A DNA stretch of 39,624 nucleotides from a bacterium (GTDB lineage: Bacteria > Methylomirabilota > Methylomirabilia > CAVQYV01). The translations under genes were made by a program, and so were the position numbers. Where the stretch lies: positions 1-39,624 of the forward strand of contig JAZDMQ010000088.1 in assembly GCA_043800755.1 (NCBI GenBank), read 5' to 3'. This document shows, piece by piece, positions 8,417 through 17,707 of this stretch (position 1 is its first letter; each line of letters begins with the position of its first letter). A model generated the notes under the pieces. It was not told the origin of the DNA and made no database searches. It saw only the letters and a list, made by a program, of their open reading frames with translations.

Positions 8417-9301
8417 TTATTCTTTGACCACAATAGGAGAATACCCCAGCTCTCGCAACCGTTCAGTCGGCGTGGCTGTCTGAGCGCGACCAGCATAATG
8501 GCCTACCCGAACTTGGTAGACCGGAGTCTGAGCGGGCACGCTACGAATTTTCGCGGAATAGTTCTTTTTCTGTAACTCGTGAGCCGCGTCGATGGCCTCG
8601 TCTAGGACGAAAGAAGAAAATATCAAATAGCCATAGCGCCCCTTCTCCATCATTTGCAATGTTGCAGAGATCCCCTCTTCTCGCAGGCGATTGTCCATTT
8701 CTGCGGCCTCGGTCCGATCGGAGAAATCTCCCAGGTAGACACTGTGTCTGGTGAGAGTCACTTTGGTCTTCGTCACACGAGGGGAAAATCCTTGTGCTTT
8801 CAGACCTTGGACGAGAGAGAGGGCATTCTTTTCTTGTACGGAACTTGCGACTTGGATTGAATACCTTGGCCTCGGCGGAGTTTTCTTTTTCTCAGCCTCC
8901 ACTTTACCTTCCGCCTTGACAGCCTCTCTCGGCTTACTGGCCTCCTTTGGCTTAGGATGGCTTTCAGCCTGCTTTGCTGCTTCACCGGTTTTGGAGGGAG
9001 GAGTAGCTACTGGAGCCGCGACAGAGGGTGGGGCGGCCGATGGTAAAACCGCCGGAGCGGGCGGACCGGCTTCGGGCGGTTCAGACAAAGGTTGGGGGGG
9101 CGGAGTTGGTGCCACAACCAAAGAACGACTAGGAGTCGGAGGAGGCATTTTTTCCTGGAACAGGAATCGTTGGGCCGCTAAGAATCCCGCCCCTAAAATG
9201 AAAACGGCCAACAACAGAATAAGGAGACGCTTGGTGCGGGGAGTCAACCCCGAAGGGGCATCCTTTCCCCCAGAGTCCTCAGCGAGATTTATTTTGTTCA
9301 T
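8417..9301 (-). CDS. Single-pass membrane protein with Pro-rich linker and two SPOR domains
   Basis: N-terminal TM (LLILLLAVFILGAGFL), Pro/Ala/Lys/Glu linker, YSIQVAS...HSVYLGDF and YQVRVGHY SPOR repeats; SD GGAGG. Confidence 0.88.
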   Translation of the reverse strand: MNKINLAEDSGGKDAPSGLTPRTKRLLILLLAVFILGAGFLAAQRFLFQEKMPPPTPSRSLVVAPTPPPQPLSEPPEAGPPAPAVLPSAAPPSVAAPVATPPSKTGEAAKQAESHPKPKEASKPREAVKAEGKVEAEKKKTPPRPRYSIQVASSVQEKNALSLVQGLKAQGFSPRVTKTKVTLTRHSVYLGDFSDRTEAAEMDNRLREEGISATLQMMEKGRYGYLIFSSFVLDEAIDAAHELQKKNYSAKIRSVPAQTPVYQVRVGHYAGRAQTATPTERLRELGYSPIVVKE

Positions 9302-9365
9302 ATAACCTCCTCCGGAGAAGGCGATCTGACCAACGAGAGTGGGTTAACAGCTCTTAACCTTTTTT

Positions 9366-9394
9366 ATAATAGGGCCTTGTGCTTGCTGTGTCAA
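9366..9394 (-). promoter_or_regulatory. Sigma70-type promoter upstream of the SPOR-ihf-merR-tRNA genes
   Basis: TTGACA (9394-9389), 17-bp spacer, TATTAT (9371-9366), A-rich upstream. Confidence 0.75.
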
Positions 9395-9430
9395 TATTTT
9401 TTTGCGCAAGAGCAAGCTAACTCCCTGTCT

Positions 9431-10711
9431 TTAGTGAATCACCTCTCCCTTGAGGTGGAAGGCAAAAGCCTGCTCAATCCTTACTCGCATTAGAGATCCC
9501 TCTTCGGCCTTGGAATCGGCGAAGTGAACGATGTGATTAGTGCGAGTACGCGCAGTAAGCAGTTTTCGATCCTTCTTGCTCCCCTTCTTCTCCACTTGGA
9601 CCTGAACCACCTTCCCCAACATAGTCCGGTTTTTCTCGAGGGAGATGCGATTCTGCAGATCGTTGAGTTGACTTAGACGGCTCTCCTTCAAGGATTCCGG
9701 GAGGTGACCTCCGTATGACAATGCCTTAGTCTGGGGACGGGGGGAATACTTGAAGGAAAAGATGCGGTCGAACCTCACCCTTTCGAGCAAATCTAGGGTT
9801 GCCTGAAAGTCCTCTTCCATTTCCCCAGGAAAGCCCACCATAATATCGGTCGTGATGGCGATGTCCGATACCCAGCTTCTCAACTCATCGACGATCCCCA
9901 AAAAGTGTGCGCGCGAATAGCCCCTGTTCATGCGGGTCAGTACCTGGTCGGAACCTGATTGAACTGGCAGATGAATATGCTCGCAGAGGGAAGGTAGCTC
10001 TGCGAAGCACCGTGCAAGTTCCGTAGTGAAGTCCTTGGGATGGGAGGTGGTAAATCGAATCCAAATCGAGCCCAAGGCCCTTTGTTCAATTCGATGCAGG
10101 AGTTGGGAAAAGGTTAAGGGAGAATTCAGGCCCCTGCCATACGAATTCACATTATGACCCAAGAGCACAACCTCCCGATAACCATCGGAAATGAGATCCT
10201 CGATTTCCCGCAATATGTCTTGCGGTGGGCGACTCTCTTCCCTGCCTCGCACGTAAGGGACTACACAATACGTGCAAAAATTGTTACAACCCTTCATTAC
10301 CTCAACCCAGGCCTTAACCTTATTGAAGCGAAGTGGGGTAAAGGGGGCTGCCCCTTGCTCCTCTTTTCCCTTCAGCAATGCCGGAATTTTGGGAATTTGA
10401 CCACTACCCACTATGAGGCTCACAAAGGGAAACCGGCCTCTCAATCTCTCCCCCTCTTGCTCTGCGATGCACCCGCAGACTCCGATTTTTAGAGACGGGT
10501 TTCGGCTCTTCAGCACCCCCAGCCTACCCAGTTGGCTGTAAAATTTCTCTTCCGCCTTTTGACGGATGGAACAGGTGTTGAGAAGGATGAGGTCCGCGTC
10601 TTCCTCCCACTCTGTGAGCTGAAAACCCTCCCGGGAGAGAAGGCCGGCGATCCTTTCGGAATCCAACTGGTTGGCCTGGCACCCAAATGTAATCAGCTTA
10701 AGCTTTGGCAT
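9431..10711 (-). CDS. miaB: tRNA-2-methylthio-N6-dimethylallyladenosine synthase
   Basis: TFGCQAN, NTCSIR, GCIAE, radical SAM CNNFCTYC, C-terminal TRAM. Start placed at ATG 10711; the frame stays open to 10822. Confidence 0.94.
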   Translation of the reverse strand: MPKLKLITFGCQANQLDSERIAGLLSREGFQLTEWEEDADLILLNTCSIRQKAEEKFYSQLGRLGVLKSRNPSLKIGVCGCIAEQEGERLRGRFPFVSLIVGSGQIPKIPALLKGKEEQGAAPFTPLRFNKVKAWVEVMKGCNNFCTYCVVPYVRGREESRPPQDILREIEDLISDGYREVVLLGHNVNSYGRGLNSPLTFSQLLHRIEQRALGSIWIRFTTSHPKDFTTELARCFAELPSLCEHIHLPVQSGSDQVLTRMNRGYSRAHFLGIVDELRSWVSDIAITTDIMVGFPGEMEEDFQATLDLLERVRFDRIFSFKYSPRPQTKALSYGGHLPESLKESRLSQLNDLQNRISLEKNRTMLGKVVQVQVEKKGSKKDRKLLTARTRTNHIVHFADSKAEEGSLMRVRIEQAFAFHLKGEVIH

Positions 10712-10808
10712 TTTCTTCCCGAAGTCCTCTGCACGATTATCTTCTTCGCTGGTGATAAGTTCTCCACCACTGAAGTCCCCACCACCTATTTCGTAAGAGT
10801 AATCGTCT

Positions 10809-12353
10809 CTATGGATTTCCAATTCCTGCGAGTCGTGGTCCTACAAAATGAAGCTGCGGGTTTGGATCCATGAGAAGAACCGAAAAGATCATTGACGGAT
10901 CAAATTCCCTCTTGAGGGCCGCTAATTCCCGAACCCTCTCCTCAGGAGACAAAGCAAATAACTCCAGCCCCAGGCCGTGTTCGGCTCGCTTTTCGGTAGC
11001 ATAGTCGGGATTGTCAAATATCTCTCGTCCCAGCTTCTCCGTCAGGCTCCATGCCCTCTGATACTCGTTATGCTCGACCTTTGCTAACGGCCGATAGTGG
11101 ATGACCAAGCCATCGATATATTGATGGCCGTAGGGCCGCCCGGGAAGGATGCCCTCGCTGACCTCAAAGATTCTTGCCAACACCTTTCCCAATTTCTTGG
11201 GATCTCGGACGAAGATATCCTCAAACCCTGGAATACCCACCCGCCCAAGGGATTTCCCAGCCGCGGCCTTCCGCACTTCGAGCATCTTCTTTAGACCACG
11301 GGCCGAGATCTCTTGATAGTCAATCCCCGAAAATGAGGCGGCAATTTGGGGCAGCTTCCCCATCAGGCAACGCTCCCCTTGGTAGAGTACGAGCATTTTT
11401 CGGTGGTTCGGTTTAAGGTGGAAGAAGTCCTCCAGTTCCGGGTCAGTAAAGACCGGGCTAGATCTGTCAATGATCAACGGGTCCAGCAGAAGGAATTCCG
11501 CATTGATCATCTTGCAGCTCTTTTGGGCTTCATCCATGAACATCCCCACCTCTTGGCCGATGATGCTGACATCGGTCTCCTCGTAAGAGACCACTGCACT
11601 GAGGAGTTCTTCCTCGGGAAGGTTGTAAACCACGCGCACATCCAGGTCGGTGACGATGCCCAATAGTCCCTGGTGCCCGGCCATGGAAACAATCTTCTCT
11701 CGGTCGGTCACCGTAAAGAGCTTCGCGTTTCGAGCTCCATCGGTGCCAACGATCCTGAGCCGGTTGACTATGTCCTTGAACGTGCCATAGGTCGGGCTCC
11801 CATTTCCTCCTGCGTTGGTAGAGAAGTTCGCAGCGATTGAACTCCATCCACTCGAGGGCACGATGGTGGTATGAAGATGGTAATACATTAGGTATCGATC
11901 TAGCTCATCGGTAGACATGCCCGCCGGGACCCGTGCATACAACTCTCTTTCACGGAGGGAGTGGGGTTGACCTCGCAGTTTCTCCAGCTCTGACTTAGGA
12001 AATAGATCGCCCCCGGGCGTAAAAAAATCTGGTTCGCCGAATAAGGTCCTGTTCCCCCATTGGTCGCACATCCCCAAGCCCTCGACCAGAAGAAGTGCCG
12101 TATCCTTGTCCGCCAGACTGGCCCCGGCGGTGGAAGATCCCATGGCGCGAATCGCAACCGGCAACGATTCTTTTGCCATAAAATCGACCACCTTGAAGGC
12201 TTGATCCTCAGTGGCGACAAAGACCGCGATAGAGGGTGCCCCTTTGGTCAAGAAGGAGGCGTCGCTCACATACTCGCTCAGACGTTGAGTCTGAAACCTG
12301 ATCTCATTCGTGGTGAGAAATCGCTGAAGCTCTTCTAATTGTTCCTTCTTCAA
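10809..12353 (-). CDS. Divergent FAD-linked oxidoreductase (GlcD/D-lactate dehydrogenase-like, PCMH fold)
   Basis: IRAMGSSTAGAS, SIAANFSTNAGG..YG, GHQGLLGIVT, GHQ..VIH, AEHGLG, LKREFDP. Start likely TTG 12353 after GAGGA, 4 bp past the hdrD stop. Confidence 0.82.
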   Translation of the reverse strand: MKKEQLEELQRFLTTNEIRFQTQRLSEYVSDASFLTKGAPSIAVFVATEDQAFKVVDFMAKESLPVAIRAMGSSTAGASLADKDTALLLVEGLGMCDQWGNRTLFGEPDFFTPGGDLFPKSELEKLRGQPHSLRERELYARVPAGMSTDELDRYLMYYHLHTTIVPSSGWSSIAANFSTNAGGNGSPTYGTFKDIVNRLRIVGTDGARNAKLFTVTDREKIVSMAGHQGLLGIVTDLDVRVVYNLPEEELLSAVVSYEETDVSIIGQEVGMFMDEAQKSCKMINAEFLLLDPLIIDRSSPVFTDPELEDFFHLKPNHRKMLVLYQGERCLMGKLPQIAASFSGIDYQEISARGLKKMLEVRKAAAGKSLGRVGIPGFEDIFVRDPKKLGKVLARIFEVSEGILPGRPYGHQYIDGLVIHYRPLAKVEHNEYQRAWSLTEKLGREIFDNPDYATEKRAEHGLGLELFALSPEERVRELAALKREFDPSMIFSVLLMDPNPQLHFVGPRLAGIGNP

Positions 12354-12357
12354 TTCC

Positions 12358-13488
12358 TCACGCCTCCATTGCTTCCAGGATAATCGCGGTGATGTCCTCA
12401 ATCTGGGGGGCCTTGAATTCTTCAACCGGCTCACCATCGAGATAGCAGTTAAAGTGGATCCTGCACTTGGGACAGGCAGTGCTCATAACTCGTGCTCCAG
12501 TGGAGAGGGCCTCCTTGAGGCGTTCATTCTGGAGAAACTTGGTGCGCGAGTCGCAGTTAGAAAAATTCCCTACCCCACAACAGGGAGCGCCTTCCTTGTT
12601 TCGAGGCATCTCCAGGAATTCCAACCCAGGAATCGCCCGGAGGATCGAACGGGGCGCCTCGTATTCCTTTGTCACCCGGCCAAGCCGGCAAGAATCGTGA
12701 TAGGTGACCCTTTTAACGACCTCTTTAAATCTAATCCCGCCTTTCTTAATCCCCTGAGCGACAAACTGGGTAATGTGTACCACCTCAGGACGAAAGGACG
12801 GGTCGAGGCCCTGGTAAAGGAATTTGAGGGAATGGTAGCATTCCGGGCACGAGGTTACGATTTGATCGATCTGCTTCTCCTGGAGAAGTGATATGTTACG
12901 CTTGGCGAGCTTTTCGAACGTCTCGTCGTCTCCGCCCCAATACGAGTCGTAGCCGCAGCATTTCTCCTCCTGAAACACGGCGGGTTTGATATTCAGCCTG
13001 TTCAGGATTTCAAGGGTATTGCGGGCGATGGTAGTGCTCTGGGTGTGGGAGAAGACTTGATCGAAGATGGGGAGACAGCCTACGAAGTAGCAGAACCGGG
13101 AGTCAGGGTCGACCTGAAGTCCCTCCGCCCATTCGAGGCGATCTTGGGGGATATCAAGATCTGCCATCATTTTTTGAACTGAAGATAGAAGAAGGCCGTG
13201 CTTGCAGTCATTCCCAATACCCAAACCACGGGCCATGCGGCGAGACTGGCGCAGAAAGTCGACGAACTTTGCGTGGGAGGGACACACCTCGCGACAGGCG
13301 TCGCAGGTCAAACAACGAAAGATGTTTCTGTCCCGAATAAGTAAGTCCTCCTCCCCCATCAGCAAGCGGAGGATCATCCCTCTCGGTGAGTACTCTGGGT
13401 CCACCCAGTGCACCGGGCAATACATGGTGCACTTGTTGCACTGAATACAGTCGAGTTCGTTAGGCTTCAATTGCACTCCTTGTCTCAT
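12358..13488 (-). CDS. HdrD/GlcF-like Fe-S protein (2x[4Fe-4S] plus two CCG domains)
   Basis: CIQCNKC..CP, CLTCDAC..CP, FVGC, KCCG, CPEC, YHDSC, CCG, CPKC. Confidence 0.92.
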   Translation of the reverse strand: MRQGVQLKPNELDCIQCNKCTMYCPVHWVDPEYSPRGMILRLLMGEEDLLIRDRNIFRCLTCDACREVCPSHAKFVDFLRQSRRMARGLGIGNDCKHGLLLSSVQKMMADLDIPQDRLEWAEGLQVDPDSRFCYFVGCLPIFDQVFSHTQSTTIARNTLEILNRLNIKPAVFQEEKCCGYDSYWGGDDETFEKLAKRNISLLQEKQIDQIVTSCPECYHSLKFLYQGLDPSFRPEVVHITQFVAQGIKKGGIRFKEVVKRVTYHDSCRLGRVTKEYEAPRSILRAIPGLEFLEMPRNKEGAPCCGVGNFSNCDSRTKFLQNERLKEALSTGARVMSTACPKCRIHFNCYLDGEPVEEFKAPQIEDITAIILEAMEA

Positions 13489-13512
13489 CCTCTAATTTGC
13501 CCTTACCCATAA

Positions 13513-14007
13513 CTATCCGATTCGCATCGCATCTCGATTCGAGGTCGCCGTCTTCTGCTCTTCTTCCCGAAGGCCAGTCCTGCGCAGGGGATTGGGCCCT
13601 AATGGCTTCAATTGTTGGATGAAGTCCTTTACCACCCTGGCGAACTTCGGGGCTTCACCTGCGCTGGCCTCCTCGATCCTGAGCCGCTCCTCCCTCAGGC
13701 CGACGATATTCAGGATCTTCTTGAGCCGTTCCACCACGCACGCTGCATTCTTGTTCCCACTCACATAGTGGCACTCACCAATGTGACAACCGATTAACAT
13801 CACGCCATCAAAACCCCTGGTGAAGGCATTAATAATCAGGTAGGGGTCCACTGTTCCCAGGCACATGACCCGGGCCAGCTTAATATTGGTTGGGTACTGT
13901 ATCTTGCTCATCCCGGCTTGGTCGGCCGCAGCATAGCCACACCAATTGCAGGCAAAGCCAATGACAATCGGTTCAAAGTCCTCGTTCAGGTTAATTGAAT
14001 CCTCCAT
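13513..14007 (-). CDS. mvhD: MvhD-like [2Fe-2S] adaptor subunit
   Basis: GFACNWCGYAAAD, RVMCLG, GCHIGECHY, LGPNP. Start could be ATG 14007, 14028 or 14037. Confidence 0.92.
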   Translation of the reverse strand: MEDSINLNEDFEPIVIGFACNWCGYAAADQAGMSKIQYPTNIKLARVMCLGTVDPYLIINAFTRGFDGVMLIGCHIGECHYVSGNKNAACVVERLKKILNIVGLREERLRIEEASAGEAPKFARVVKDFIQQLKPLGPNPLRRTGLREEEQKTATSNRDAMRIG

Positions 14008-14056
14008 ATTTGATCGGCGCATGTCCATTTTGCTCATTCGATGAGATTGTGGTATT

Positions 14057-17000
14057 TCAATTCTTTGCGGCTGTCCCGGCCATCTCCTCTTCCTTTTCTT
14101 TTCTCTCCGGTAAGTCCTCAAAGAGACCATCGATGGTTGCCAGGAGTTGTTCTTTCTTGTAGGATTTGACGGAAAGGGCCCCTGTTGGGCAAACGACCGT
14201 GCACTTGCCACACCCCTCGCACATAATTTCCTCGACTTCCGCCACAAGCTGTCTCTTATCGACTTTGATGGCCTGGAATTCGCACTCTTTCTCGCAGCGT
14301 CCACAGGCTCGACACAATTCCAGGTCGACCTCGGCAATCTGAGGATTGAGCAAGATATATCCCTCTCCCAGGTAGGAGGCGGCGGCCATTGCTGCCAATC
14401 CAGATTGGGCTACGGTATCGGAGACATCCTTGGGCCCTTGCGCAGCACCACAGACGAAGATATTCTTCACACTCGTGTCAGCCGGCCTGATCTTGGGGTG
14501 GAATTCCTTTACAAAGCCAGATTCATCCCGGGCCACTCCCAGCTTCTTCAGCAGGTCATCCACCCTGGCAGGTTCGGTGGCGGTGGAGAGCACTACCAGA
14601 TCGACTGGGATCTCGAGTAAGGTCGAGGTTGACATATCTTCTACGCGCACAAGTAAGTCCTGGGTTTCGCTCTCTTCAAGGATCTCTCCGGGCAGACCCT
14701 TGATAAACTTTACTCCCATCATCTTAACCTTTTCGTAGTATTCCTCGTATCCCTTTCCGAAGGCACGGATATCGATATTGCAAATGTAGATTTGGGCATC
14801 CTCTGTCAGATACTTCTTGATGAGGCTGGCGTGTTTAAGGGCAACCATACAGCAAGTCCGGGAGCAATAGGGGTGCCCGCCCTGGAGATTTTGCTCGCCA
14901 GCCCGCGACCCAACACACTGGACCATGAGGATTCGTCTCGCCTCTTTGCCATCGCTCGGGCGCAGAAGCTTTCCGTCGGTCGGACCCAGTGGATCCATCA
15001 TTCGAGCCACTTGAAACTGGGTGACAATATTTCGGTATTTTCCATATCCGTAATGAAGTCCACTCGGGTCAAACTCCTCAAAACCGGTGGCCACGATCAC
15101 TGCCCCCACGGTAACGGGGATGATCTCCTCCCTCTGGTAGTAGTCGATTGCCTGGGCTTCGCAGACCTTCTCGCATTCACGGCAATCGCTGCAGCCACCA
15201 CAGTTCAGGCACCGCTTCGCTTCCGCCACCGCTGCCTCTTCTGCCAGACCCTGCTCTACCTCCTGGAAGTTGTTCCGGCGCTGGGGGGAAAGCTTCGGCA
15301 TCCGGCTCCGTCCCCCGGATTCAAAATACCCGCGGTTGCGCCGGATAGCCTCTTGGGCTTGAATGGGCAAGCCCGGCAGATCTTGGAATCTCTCATGGTA
15401 TTCCACCTGTTCCAGATCGCAGATGATGCGGCGGGCAGCCGCCTTACCCGAGCTAATGGCCTCAACCACTGAGCTAGGCCCGCTGGTCATATCCCCGCCA
15501 GCGTAAACCTTCGGCAAGCTCGTTTGTAAGGAGGTGGGGTTGACCTGAACTAAGCCTCGGGGGTTGACCTCGAGGCCTGGAGGCAGAAAAGAGGTATCGG
15601 GCCGGTTGCCGACGGCCAAAATAACTTGATCGACATCTATGCTGAATTCCGTGCCCTCTCTGCATATGGGATTCAGGCGACCGTCGGATTGTTGATCTAT
15701 TCTCTCTACCGCGACACACTCTACGCTTCTCACCTGGCCCTGGGAATTTCCGACGAAGCGTTTGGGTGATGTAGAAGTTTTGATTTCAATTCCTTCCCCC
15801 TCAGCTTCGAGGATCTCCTCCTTAATCGCCGGCATGGCCTCACGGGTTTCCAAACAGATCATCGTAACCTTGCATCCGAGTCGAACCAGGGTCCTGGCCG
15901 TGTCAATGGCGGCGTTGCCTCCGCCCACCACTACGACTCGCGACTGCTCGATTCTGGGTCCCTGGTCCCCCCGGCATTGCCTCAAGATGTCAGATCCGTA
16001 ATAGATACCCTGGAGCTCGTCACCTGGGATCTGTAATTTGACATTGTGAGAAAGACCCGTGGCCAGAAATACTGCGTCGAACCGTCCCAGGAGATCGTCA
16101 AAGTGGATATCCCTCCCGATCTGGCATTGGGTTTTGATCTTCACCCCCAGGGCCTCAATGAAATGAATGTCATGACGTAGGTATTCCACAGGAAGCCTAA
16201 AGGCCGGTATGCCCCAGCGCACCATGCCCCCCGCCTCCTCTGAGGCCTCGAAGATCGTTGCTTGATGGCCATTGAGGGCGATTTCGTAGGCGCATGCAAG
16301 GCCAGCTGGCCCACCTCCAACGATGGCCACTTCCTTCGGCTCTTTCGGCCACTCGCGCATGGCCTTCTTGGCGGAAGGACCAGAGTCCCTCTCGGATTCC
16401 CCGCTGGCGCCCCCTTGTGAGGGAAGCAGTCCCTCCAGCCCAGAATGGCCTGTTGTTGAAGGCGGAGGAGGAGGAGCCAGCAAATTGACCATCCTTGGCG
16501 CCTGCCCGGGGTGATCGGGAAGAGAAAAGAGGATTTCCTCTCGGTGTTGGTAGCCGTATTCGGTCACGAAACGCTTGATGGCGGCGATCGATATGCTCTC
16601 GTCCACTTCACCTCTTGCACATTCATCCTCGCATAGATGGTTACATACCCGCCCGCAGATAGTTGGCAGCGGGTTGTCGCGACGGACGGCCGCCAGTGCC
16701 TCTGGAAATTTCTCTTGAGCGACTAAAGCGATATATCCCTGCGCCGCCTGTTGAATGGGACAGGCTTGACGGCAGGGAGGAATGCCGAGTCGCTCGATAG
16801 TGAATTTATTGGGCACTGCCGCGGGGAACTCCTTGTAGACTGCGGGCTTAGTCGAGAATAATCCTTTATGGTATGGATTGGGGATCCTGATCGGACAAAC
16901 CTCTGCACACTTATTGCAGCCAGTGCACCGCCCTTCATCAACATATCTCGGCTTTCTCTTTATGGAAATGCTCAGTCCTTCGCGGATCTTTTCGACTTTT

Positions 17001-17707
17001 TCGACTTCGGAATAGGCGTACAGGGAGATGTTGTGGTTCTTAGTCACCTCATCCATCTTGGGCGATAGGGTACACATGGCGCAATCGTCGGTGGGAAAAG
17101 TCTTTACCAGCCTCGCCATGTTACCACCAATCGTAGGTTCCTTTTCGATGAGATGGACCATATATCCCATCTTGGCCAGAGACAAAGAGGCGTTGATTCC
17201 CGCGATTCCACCCCCGATCACCGCCACCTCGCGAGATACCTTGGCCTTCTTAATAACCAGGGGCTCCAGCAGCTTCACCCTTTGCACTGCCGCTCTAATG
17301 AGAAGCTTACCCTTCTGGGTCGCGCCTTCCGGATCGTCGTGATGCGGATAAGAGCACTGCTCGCGAAGGTTAACCACTTCTAACAGGTAGGGATTGAGGC
17401 CTGCGTCCGCAACACACTGACGGTACATCTCCTCATATTGCTTTGGAGTGCAGCAGCCAATCACCACCGCATTGAGGTTGAACTCCTCAATGGCTCTCTG
17501 GATGATCCCCTGCCCCTCTGCAGAACAAGTGAACTGCTGATAGGCGGCAAATGCAACATCTGGCAGCCCCAAGGAAAACTCCCGCACCTCATCGAGGTTC
17601 ACCGTCCTGGAGATATTGTCGCCGCACTTGCAGAGGAATACCCCGACCCGGCTACCATTGGGTCGGTTTTCAAGATTGAGTTCTCTTCTTCTCTCCTCGG
17701 TGCTCAT
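14057..17707 (-). CDS. hdrA: Large HdrA (HdrL-type): HdrA with an inserted GltD/NfnB-like NAD(P)H:flavin module and C-terminal ferredoxin
   Basis: GVFLCKCG, VIGGGIAG, KTFPTDDCAMC; insert PPCRQACP..ICGRVCNHLCEDEC..GGGPAG..GIPAFRLP..GGGNAAID..AGGD..EAKRCLNC; then QCVGSR..CSRTCC..K, GAAQGPKD and two CxxCxxC motifs. Confidence 0.94.
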   Translation of the reverse strand: MSTEERRRELNLENRPNGSRVGVFLCKCGDNISRTVNLDEVREFSLGLPDVAFAAYQQFTCSAEGQGIIQRAIEEFNLNAVVIGCCTPKQYEEMYRQCVADAGLNPYLLEVVNLREQCSYPHHDDPEGATQKGKLLIRAAVQRVKLLEPLVIKKAKVSREVAVIGGGIAGINASLSLAKMGYMVHLIEKEPTIGGNMARLVKTFPTDDCAMCTLSPKMDEVTKNHNISLYAYSEVEKVEKIREGLSISIKRKPRYVDEGRCTGCNKCAEVCPIRIPNPYHKGLFSTKPAVYKEFPAAVPNKFTIERLGIPPCRQACPIQQAAQGYIALVAQEKFPEALAAVRRDNPLPTICGRVCNHLCEDECARGEVDESISIAAIKRFVTEYGYQHREEILFSLPDHPGQAPRMVNLLAPPPPPSTTGHSGLEGLLPSQGGASGESERDSGPSAKKAMREWPKEPKEVAIVGGGPAGLACAYEIALNGHQATIFEASEEAGGMVRWGIPAFRLPVEYLRHDIHFIEALGVKIKTQCQIGRDIHFDDLLGRFDAVFLATGLSHNVKLQIPGDELQGIYYGSDILRQCRGDQGPRIEQSRVVVVGGGNAAIDTARTLVRLGCKVTMICLETREAMPAIKEEILEAEGEGIEIKTSTSPKRFVGNSQGQVRSVECVAVERIDQQSDGRLNPICREGTEFSIDVDQVILAVGNRPDTSFLPPGLEVNPRGLVQVNPTSLQTSLPKVYAGGDMTSGPSSVVEAISSGKAAARRIICDLEQVEYHERFQDLPGLPIQAQEAIRRNRGYFESGGRSRMPKLSPQRRNNFQEVEQGLAEEAAVAEAKRCLNCGGCSDCRECEKVCEAQAIDYYQREEIIPVTVGAVIVATGFEEFDPSGLHYGYGKYRNIVTQFQVARMMDPLGPTDGKLLRPSDGKEARRILMVQCVGSRAGEQNLQGGHPYCSRTCCMVALKHASLIKKYLTEDAQIYICNIDIRAFGKGYEEYYEKVKMMGVKFIKGLPGEILEESETQDLLVRVEDMSTSTLLEIPVDLVVLSTATEPARVDDLLKKLGVARDESGFVKEFHPKIRPADTSVKNIFVCGAAQGPKDVSDTVAQSGLAAMAAASYLGEGYILLNPQIAEVDLELCRACGRCEKECEFQAIKVDKRQLVAEVEEIMCEGCGKCTVVCPTGALSVKSYKKEQLLATIDGLFEDLPERKEKEEEMAGTAAKN

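Noticed and set aside
10712..10822. 37-aa acidic N-terminal extension of MiaB
   Set aside because: The TTG start is poorly spaced from any SD and overlaps the upstream gene; family homology starts at 10711. Not fully excluded.
14008..14337. Long mvhD N-terminus or programmed-frameshift HdrA-MvhD fusion
   Set aside because: The overlapping frame has no protein-like features, HdrA ends normally after its ferredoxin domain, and I see no convincing slippery site.
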